This document shows, piece by piece, positions 57,961-64,000 of a stretch of 64,000 nt of DNA. Made by a program: the position numbers and the translations under genes. Each line of letters starts with the position of its first letter. Positions within the stretch are counted from its first letter, which is position 1. The DNA is from Ostreococcus lucimarinus. Lineage: Eukaryota. The notes beneath the pieces were generated by a model, which saw only the letters and a list, made by a program, of their open reading frames with translations, did no database searches and had not been told where the DNA came from. Location: the NCBI GenBank assembly GCA_000092065.1, contig CP000583.1; one strand, written 5' to 3'.

Positions 57961-60777
57961 ATGGCGCGCTCGAGCGCGGAGGCGCGGGAAATCGACGCGG
58001 GGGCGCTTCGACACGCGGTGGAAGCGGCGAAACGACGAGGGAACGAGGCGTTCGCGAGACGGGCGTACGGGGAGGCGATGGAGGCGTACACGGTGGCGAT
58101 CGCGGGACGCGAGGACGATAAAACGCTGTATTCGAATCGGAGCGCGGCGGCGCTGGGGATGGGGTTGGTGGAGGAGGCGTTGCGGGACGCGGCGGCGTGC
58201 GTGCGCGCGGACGAGACGTGGGCGAAAGGGTATTATAGGTTGGGATGCGCGCTCATGTCGGCTTTTGAGAGCGGTAAGGCCGTGGCGGCGTTTAGACGTG
58301 GATTGGAGCTCGCGCCGGAGAGCGTGGACATGAAAGAGCGGCTGGAAGAGGCGGAAGTGTTGTACGAGGACGAGCGCGAACGCGTCGTCGCGGAGACGAG
58401 AGCGGCGCGGAGGAATTTGGCGTATAAACTTCGACAAGCGCGCGCGGAAGATCGTCGCACGGAGACCCTTAACTCTTGGAAGCAGGCAATGTCTGGACCG
58501 GATTGGGAGTTGGAGGATTACGAGTGGAGACCGACGTTTATTCCTCAGATGTGTTTGCGAAAACTCGACGCCAGTCTCTTCGACATGGATCCCGGAAGGT
58601 TGAATATCATCGCTTACGCGCACGCGTTGAGCGAGCTCGGGGCGCCCAAGAAAGCATTAAAATTGCTCGAGGATAACGTGCGCATCGCTGCGTATAAAGA
58701 GGCGATAGAGTTGACGGTTGCGGACGCTGAACCCGGGGAATTAAACTCGGCGTTGGTCGTCTCGGCAGGGGGGGGCATCTTGCCGCTCATCACCGCTCGG
58801 GCAGGGCTGAAGAGCGTGATAGGCGTCGAACGAAACCGATTTTTATATCGTATGGCAAAACAAGTTTTAAAATCCAACGCTGGACAGTTTGCGAAAGGGA
58901 CGATTCAATTACTAGATCAAAAACTCGACAAGTGTTCGCTCATGGAGGAAGATGACGCAAGCGACGACAAGCCGCAAATCGTACCTCAGCCGTCCGATCT
59001 CGTAGTCACGGACTTACTCGATCACGCGACGTTCGGATTAGGGCTGTTGAGAGCCATCGATCACGTGGGAGAGAAGAAGTTGGCGACTCCCGGCGCTCGT
59101 GTCATTCCTTCTCGCGTTCGAGTAAAGGCTCAACTCATCGAGCTTCGTTTGGATCAAGTCAGCGGATTTGATTTGAGTGCGTTGAATGCTTATAGATGGC
59201 ACCCGCAAGCAGCGAAGTTAGACCTCTTTTCGGAACCTCACATTGTGCTTTCTGATCCTTTCGACGTGTCAGATATTGACACGCAACAACGCTTGACGAC
59301 GGCGCTCGCCGGCAAGAAGCCCTCGAGCTCGATGGAGCAAGACGATATCACGTACGTCACATCGATTAAAGAGGGGACATGGAACGCGATTGCCTTTTGG
59401 TTCGAGTGTGAGCTTTGCGATGGAGTCGAGCTGAAAAGTTACGATGTCGACGGCGATCGGGGCGCCGCGGCGAGCTCTTGGGGCGCGGCGGTGCAGTATT
59501 TGGATGAGATACCCATCAAGTGCGGTGAATCCATCGAACTTCGAATTCAGCGCGATTCTGATCGACTTTACTTTTCGTCGACCCCGCCCTCGACGCGTCC
59601 ACGGCACGCCAATATTCCCAGTTGGCATTACGACATGTTGAACGACGCCTCGCGCAACAACGCATACGAATGCTCGATCAAGAGCGCGATAGCACGTCGT
59701 AAAGAACTGAAGTTGCGGAATGAAGTCTTGGACGTCGGCGCGGGTAATGGGCTACTTTCCATGTTTGCCATGCGTGCCGGTGCCGATTCTGTGTATGCGG
59801 TCGAGATGAGCCCTCACATGTGCGACGCGGGTGAGGAAACGGTTTGCATGAACGGTTATGGAACTTCCATCATGTATCTCAATCGCGATGCTCGACGATT
59901 GTTCACCAAGGAATCGGAAGGATTGATCAAGCACGGCTTGAAACCTGACGGCAACCCGCCCGAGATGGAGAGGAAATCGAATGTGCTCGTGTATGAGGTG
60001 TTTGACAGCGGGTTGATCGGCGAGGGCGCGCTGCACATTGTTGGGATGGCGAAGCATCGTTTACTTGCCCCAGATGCGACGCTTATACCTCGAGCGGCGA
60101 CAGTATACGCTCAACCTATTCAGTTGCGAACTCACGAAGTCTCGGGATTTGATTTTTCTCAGGCCAACCGCTGGCGTTGGCGAGACGACTACGAGGGCAT
60201 CAACCTCGAGCTTTGCCGCGAGAAGTGGAAGCCCCTTGCGCCATGGAAGCCGGTGTTTGACTTTGATTTCAACAAGTACATCGAAAATTTGAACCCGGCG
60301 CAAAATATGATGGAGTTTGAGGTCGATGAGGATGGAATATTCAACGCTGTGGCCTTTTGGTTCAAGCTCGAGTTGGACGACGAAAACGAATTGACGACTT
60401 CGCCGTACGTTGGCTCGCAAAAAGGGAAGACGTGGCAACAGGCGGTGCAGTACGTCGAGGAACTTAAGGTCAGCGTGGGAGACATCATGCCTTTGATTGC
60501 ATCTCACGACACGTATGGGATCAATTTTGAAGTGGACGATACGAAGCTGAAAAATAGAGTGACGAAACGCACGGGCGTCCCGGCGTACGACTCGAGCTGG
60601 CACGTCGCCCATGAGAGAATCAACGATGCATCCAAAGGCATCGCGAAAGCCGTGGCGCAGAATCCGATCGCGTACAGAGAAGCTGCAGAAACCGCAGTTG
60701 CGATCGGAAGTCGATCGCAAGACTTTGGGATGTGCGCGGAGGACGGCGCCGACTATTGCTTAAAATTTATGGGGTGA
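57961..60777 (+). CDS. Protein arginine N-methyltransferase with N-terminal TPR repeats and two tandem PRMT-like modules (PRMT9-like)
   Basis: TPR region (RRGNEAFARRAYGEAMEAYTVAI..YYRLGCALM). Module 1 has a degenerate motif I (LVVSAGGGILPLITARAG..VIGVE). Module 2 has canonical motif I VLDVGAGNGLLSMFAMRAGADSVYAVE and a THW-like region. Start at ATG 57961; the track ORF starts at GTG 57328. Confidence 0.68.
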   Translation: MARSSAEAREIDAGALRHAVEAAKRRGNEAFARRAYGEAMEAYTVAIAGREDDKTLYSNRSAAALGMGLVEEALRDAAACVRADETWAKGYYRLGCALMSAFESGKAVAAFRRGLELAPESVDMKERLEEAEVLYEDERERVVAETRAARRNLAYKLRQARAEDRRTETLNSWKQAMSGPDWELEDYEWRPTFIPQMCLRKLDASLFDMDPGRLNIIAYAHALSELGAPKKALKLLEDNVRIAAYKEAIELTVADAEPGELNSALVVSAGGGILPLITARAGLKSVIGVERNRFLYRMAKQVLKSNAGQFAKGTIQLLDQKLDKCSLMEEDDASDDKPQIVPQPSDLVVTDLLDHATFGLGLLRAIDHVGEKKLATPGARVIPSRVRVKAQLIELRLDQVSGFDLSALNAYRWHPQAAKLDLFSEPHIVLSDPFDVSDIDTQQRLTTALAGKKPSSSMEQDDITYVTSIKEGTWNAIAFWFECELCDGVELKSYDVDGDRGAAASSWGAAVQYLDEIPIKCGESIELRIQRDSDRLYFSSTPPSTRPRHANIPSWHYDMLNDASRNNAYECSIKSAIARRKELKLRNEVLDVGAGNGLLSMFAMRAGADSVYAVEMSPHMCDAGEETVCMNGYGTSIMYLNRDARRLFTKESEGLIKHGLKPDGNPPEMERKSNVLVYEVFDSGLIGEGALHIVGMAKHRLLAPDATLIPRAATVYAQPIQLRTHEVSGFDFSQANRWRWRDDYEGINLELCREKWKPLAPWKPVFDFDFNKYIENLNPAQNMMEFEVDEDGIFNAVAFWFKLELDDENELTTSPYVGSQKGKTWQQAVQYVEELKVSVGDIMPLIASHDTYGINFEVDDTKLKNRVTKRTGVPAYDSSWHVAHERINDASKGIAKAVAQNPIAYREAAETAVAIGSRSQDFGMCAEDGADYCLKFMG

Positions 60778-60901
60778 TGGGTGCGGCGAAGATGATTTTA
60801 AGTGAAAGATTTAGACTTTGATTACATCGCAATCGCTTCTTCTAAACAAAATCTTCCGTTCGAATCTAAATTATACCAAACAGCCAAGCTCAGCCAAAGA
60901 A

Positions 60902-61483
60902 TTAAGCGACAATCATGTTGTTCGCCTCCGCGAAGCGCTTCTTTTCGGCCGCCGCCGCCGAGGCGTCCATCTTCGCCAACTTGGCCTCCTTCCACTTCGG
61001 GATGTAAAGCGGCTTCGGGCCCTTCGGCGCGCGCTTGTTCTGCTTCACCGGTTCCGAACCATTTTCCGCCAACCACTGCTTGCGTTCCGGATCCGCATCA
61101 ATGTACGGCAACGACGCCAAATCCAACCCGGCGCGCTTCGCCATCTCCTCCAACCCGAGCTTGTTGAGCGTCTTCAACGCATTGGTGGAGATGCGCAGGC
61201 GCACGTAGCGCTTTTGCTCCGGCCAGTAGATGCGCTTGTACTGTTATCGATAAAATATTCTCTCCGTCAGTCTCTCACTCACACACTCGTCCTGCGCGTC
61301 GCCAAGTCGTCGCGCGCGCCCGTTCAGGGTTTCAGGGTTGCCCCCAGCCTTTCGCCATCGTCCTCGCGCGTCACGCACCTGTAAGTTAACCTGCTGCAGC
61401 GTCTTGTTACGAATGTGCGAGAACGAAACAGTGCGACCGTTGTTCGCCTTCTTCCCCGTCAACATGCACTTGCGTCCGGACAT
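60902..61483 (-). CDS. Ribosomal protein bL28 (organellar type), two exons
   Basis: Exon 1 61379..61483 ([35 protein letters not shown]) and exon 2 60902..61240 ([33 protein letters not shown]..). Intron 61241..61378 on the minus strand has a GTGCGT donor, ACTGAC 29 nt before the CAG, and phase 0. The product is colinear with bacterial L28 ([64 protein letters not shown]). An in-frame upstream Met at 61546 is an alternative start. Confidence 0.7.
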
Positions 61484-62001
61484 CCCGTGAAGGTCTGTTT
61501 CCGCGCGCGAAATCGCGACCGTCAGTCCGCCATCCAAATCACCCAATCGCGCGCGCGAGCCCGTCCATCGTCATCGTCCGCACCGCCGCGAACGCGCGCT
61601 AAATATTTCGCCGCGCGCGTTTCCGCGACGTTCACGACGCCCCGCGCGCGAACGCGCGCGCGCGACGCTCGCATTCGCGCGCGGGTCGCCCGACCCCAGC
61701 CTCGCGTCGTCGCGTCGCGACACGTACTCTCCACGACGAGCGGCGCGCGCTTGACCGCGGCGGCGCCGCGCATCATCGTTCGCTTTAATCCATCGTTATT
61801 CCCGGTGACGAACGAGTTCGTCGGGCGCGCGAGGGACGTCGTCGAGGACGCGAACATCGTGCGCGCGGTGTGACGTCCGCGCGCGAGGGTTTTCGTCGAT
61901 CGATCGTCTTTGGTCCGTGTTGCGGTCGTGCGCGAAAGGGAGACCGAGGTCGCGCGCGCGCGCGAGTTCGCGACGCGACGGGGCGCGCGATCGTCGCGCG
62001 G

Positions 62002-62427
62002 ATGGACGCGTCGCGAGATGGGATCTCGAAGCTCATGCTCGCGGAGAAAGAGGCGCAGGCGATCGTGAGCGCGGCGCGCGAAGGTGCGAACGCGAGGGCG
62101 ATCGAAACGACGGGGCGACGGACGACGGGGGGAACGCGTCGCGGTGACTGACGACTGCGCGCGCGCGATGCGCGGTGAAACGCAGAGAAAACGGCGCGGT
62201 TGCGCGCTGCGGTGGAGGAGGCGAAGGGGGAGATCGCGGCGTACAGGGCGGAGCGGGAGGCGCGGTACGCGCGCATGGTGGCGGAGCAAACCGGGAACAA
62301 GGCGGAGACGGATTCGAGGTTGAAAGCGGAGTACGATGAGGAGATGGCGAAGCTTCAAGCGAAAGTGAGCGCGGCGAAGTCGACTGTGGTTCACGATTTG
62401 CTCTCGGCGGTGAAAGATGTGAAATGA
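62002..62427 (+). CDS. V-type H+-ATPase subunit G, two exons
   Basis: Exon 1 62002..62083 (MDASRDGISKLMLAEKEAQAIVSAARE+G), intron 62084..62185 (GTGCGA donor, TGACTGAC 36 nt before the CAG, phase 1), exon 2 62186..62427 (..KTARLRAAVEEAKGEIAAYRAEREARYARMVAEQ..KSTVVHDLLSAVKDVK). Colinear with V-ATPase G (VMA10). Confidence 0.7.
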
Positions 62428-62720
62428 AGTAGCGAGCGCGAGTAGCGACGACGCTTTTAGCCAGCGCGCGAGACGCGAGTTGTGTAGTTGCATCGATTTT
62501 AGTGCAGTATTGTACAATGGTAAGCAAATTCTAATGAGTACGCAGCGAAAAGCCAAAAAAAACAGCGCGAACAATGTGTTTGTGTGTTCGATTTTTCTCT
62601 TCCGAGATGGGATGTTGGTGTGTACAGGAAGATGGAGGTGAAGTTCGCACTCTCTCCGTGTTGCAAGCCAGCCGACGATTTTCGATGTGATGCACATCGT
62701 CGGCGCGCACGAGGACCAAT

Positions 62721-63404
62721 TTAGTCCTTGCCCGTGGCAGAAGTGATGTCGTGAATACTCGACCTTCGCTTATTATCCTTCTTGCTCATGCTGTTAAGCC
62801 TGATGAAGTATTTCTGAGCGTGGGATGCCACTTGAGTGGGCGTTCGTGAGATGACAAAGTTTCTGCTGATACTTCGCCAATCTCCCTTGCCGAACTTGTT
62901 CAAACCGAGAAGGAACAATTTGTGCTCTTCTTCAGTCCATGGAACGCCTTTGCGACGCTCTTGTTCGCCAGTCTTAGGGGCAGCTTTGGACTTTTTCGCC
63001 GCCGGCGCCTGCACGGGCGCGGGCGCCGGCGTTGGCGGCGGAGCCGTCGCCTTGAGAGGTTTCGCCGGCGCAAAGTTGAAGCTCACTTCCGCGGTGACGT
63101 GGTGATCACTGTCATCGTCATAGTCTGGAAGCTGTACGAGACCAGCTTCGATATTTCGCACGTCTTCTTCCAACTTGCTGAATCGATTCTTCAAGTCGTG
63201 GACGCCCTTTTGCGGCATCTGTTCTTGAAGTTGGCCCCAGTAATCATCGCCCGTGATGGGCCAAGACCCATCGTACTGCGCCAAACTCGTTTCAAAGAAT
63301 TTGTCCTCCTCAAACGTCCAGCTCACCGAGTCGCTCCCGAGCAACCCGAGGTTAGCGTACGTGAAACCGGCGTCGCCGCCGTAGCCAAAATCCAACGTCG
63401 ACAT
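62721..63404 (-). CDS. R-R-type MYB transcription factor (DIVARICATA-like; SANT plus SHAQKYF-class MYB)
   Basis: N-terminal SANT/MYB ([16 protein letters not shown]) and a C-terminal MYB with the diagnostic SHAQKYF ([48 protein letters not shown]). Confidence 0.8.
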   Translation of the reverse strand: MSTLDFGYGGDAGFTYANLGLLGSDSVSWTFEEDKFFETSLAQYDGSWPITGDDYWGQLQEQMPQKGVHDLKNRFSKLEEDVRNIEAGLVQLPDYDDDSDHHVTAEVSFNFAPAKPLKATAPPPTPAPAPVQAPAAKKSKAAPKTGEQERRKGVPWTEEEHKLFLLGLNKFGKGDWRSISRNFVISRTPTQVASHAQKYFIRLNSMSKKDNKRRSSIHDITSATGKD

Positions 63405-64000
63405 GTTCGGCGTTTGTCGTTAATTTAATGAAGGTGAGAAAATGTGCGTTCGGTCGTCGAACAATGTGTTCGCTCGATCGATCTAGATGTGGTTCCTTAC
63501 GACGACAACGCGACTAGACCCGACGTCTAGCGCAAAAAATTGATATCAATCACTCGTCCGTCCTCTGTCGTTCGCGCGCGCGCCACGTGTCGTCAGTCAC
63601 TTCGCACTGTTTACCCATACGCCAATTTGGGATCTGATCTCGGTTCGTTCGCCTTCGCCGACCCTCCACGAGTCGAAACTCAAGAAATGACCCCCCGCCC
63701 CGGGAAAATCCCAGTGAAATCTTTCCGGGTGTCCGCGCGTTCGGTCCCCCGTTTCGAGGTTACCGCCGACGCCCGCCCCCCCCCCGCGCGCGCGTCGCCG
63801 CGTCCCGCCCCCCCCGCGCGCGCGATCGACGCTCAATCTTTCCCTCCACCGTTTCCGATCGTCTCCCAGGGCTCACCGCGTTCGCGCGCGCGTCCCCACC
63901 GCCCGCGCGCCGTCGCGAAATCCCGAGGGCGCGTCGCGTCTGATTCCGTTGCCGCACCTCGTCGCGACGCGTTCGCGCGTCGCGCGTCGCGCCTTTTCGC

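Noticed and set aside
60902-61204. A stand-alone 100-aa ORF ([11 protein letters not shown]..) as a small orphan gene.
   Set aside because: It is the second exon of bL28. The upstream frame is open back to a CAG acceptor at 61241..61243 and joins a GTGCGT donor after [35 protein letters not shown].
62200-62427. A 75-aa ORF (MRAAVEE..) and ORF 61870..62151 as separate small genes.
   Set aside because: They are the two exons of V-ATPase subunit G joined by the 62084..62185 intron. The M of the second ORF is a TTG inside exon 2.
1-64000. CRISPR arrays, prokaryotic defence islands, transposases or phage genes.
   Set aside because: None seen. Genes contain spliceosomal introns and encode eukaryotic machinery (ORC5, cullin, proteasome, POP1, eS6). 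The only direct repeats are short (a 42-bp duplication, 15-nt coding repeats, promoter motifs), not spacer-repeat arrays.

Overview
This window is GC-rich, gene-dense eukaryotic nuclear DNA with spliced genes, not a prokaryotic locus. I found no CRISPR array, no prokaryotic defence system, and no rRNA or tRNA that I could recognise. About 39 protein-coding genes lie on both strands, with intergenic spacers of roughly 50 to 700 bp. Most are single-exon. Eight short introns (about 90 to 215 bp) share a stereotyped architecture: a GTGCG(T/A)-type donor, a CTGAC branch-like motif 20 to 40 nt upstream of the AG, and a C/G-rich acceptor. Several encoded proteins are restricted to the green lineage (RbcX, THF1/Psb29, a WRC-domain protein, a DIVARICATA-type MYB, a YuiD-like divergent PAP2 protein), so the window most likely comes from a compact, intron-poor, high-GC green alga (prasinophyte-like); this is inference. 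Confident calls are acetyl-CoA synthetase (3' partial), a PPR protein, TrmA-type and RlmH-type RNA methyltransferases, AP endonuclease, BRX1, a cullin (CUL4-like), alanine aminotransferase, CCA-adding enzyme, POP1, valyl-tRNA synthetase, proteasome Rpt2, RPS6, ORC5, a tandem CCCH zinc-finger protein, a Mn-type CDF transporter, a rhomboid protease, a PRMT9-like methyltransferase, bL28, V-ATPase subunit G and others. The most unusual items are: a single ORF fusing a mitochondrial-carrier domain to two cyclic-nucleotide-binding domains; a membrane-anchored bZIP factor with an S1P-like RRLL site (ATF6/bZIP28-like); a recurrent ACTGTTTGCGC motif in four head-to-head housekeeping promoters; and a 619-aa ORF with a Walker-A-like GRGKS motif and a Cys cluster that I could not place in a family. 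The ORF track evidently accepts GTG and TTG as starts and lists many long antisense or 5'-extended ORFs that are GC-composition artefacts; I re-anchored starts on the first plausible ATG using homology. Long ORFs on the opposite strand or in R/A/S-rich frames were discounted.
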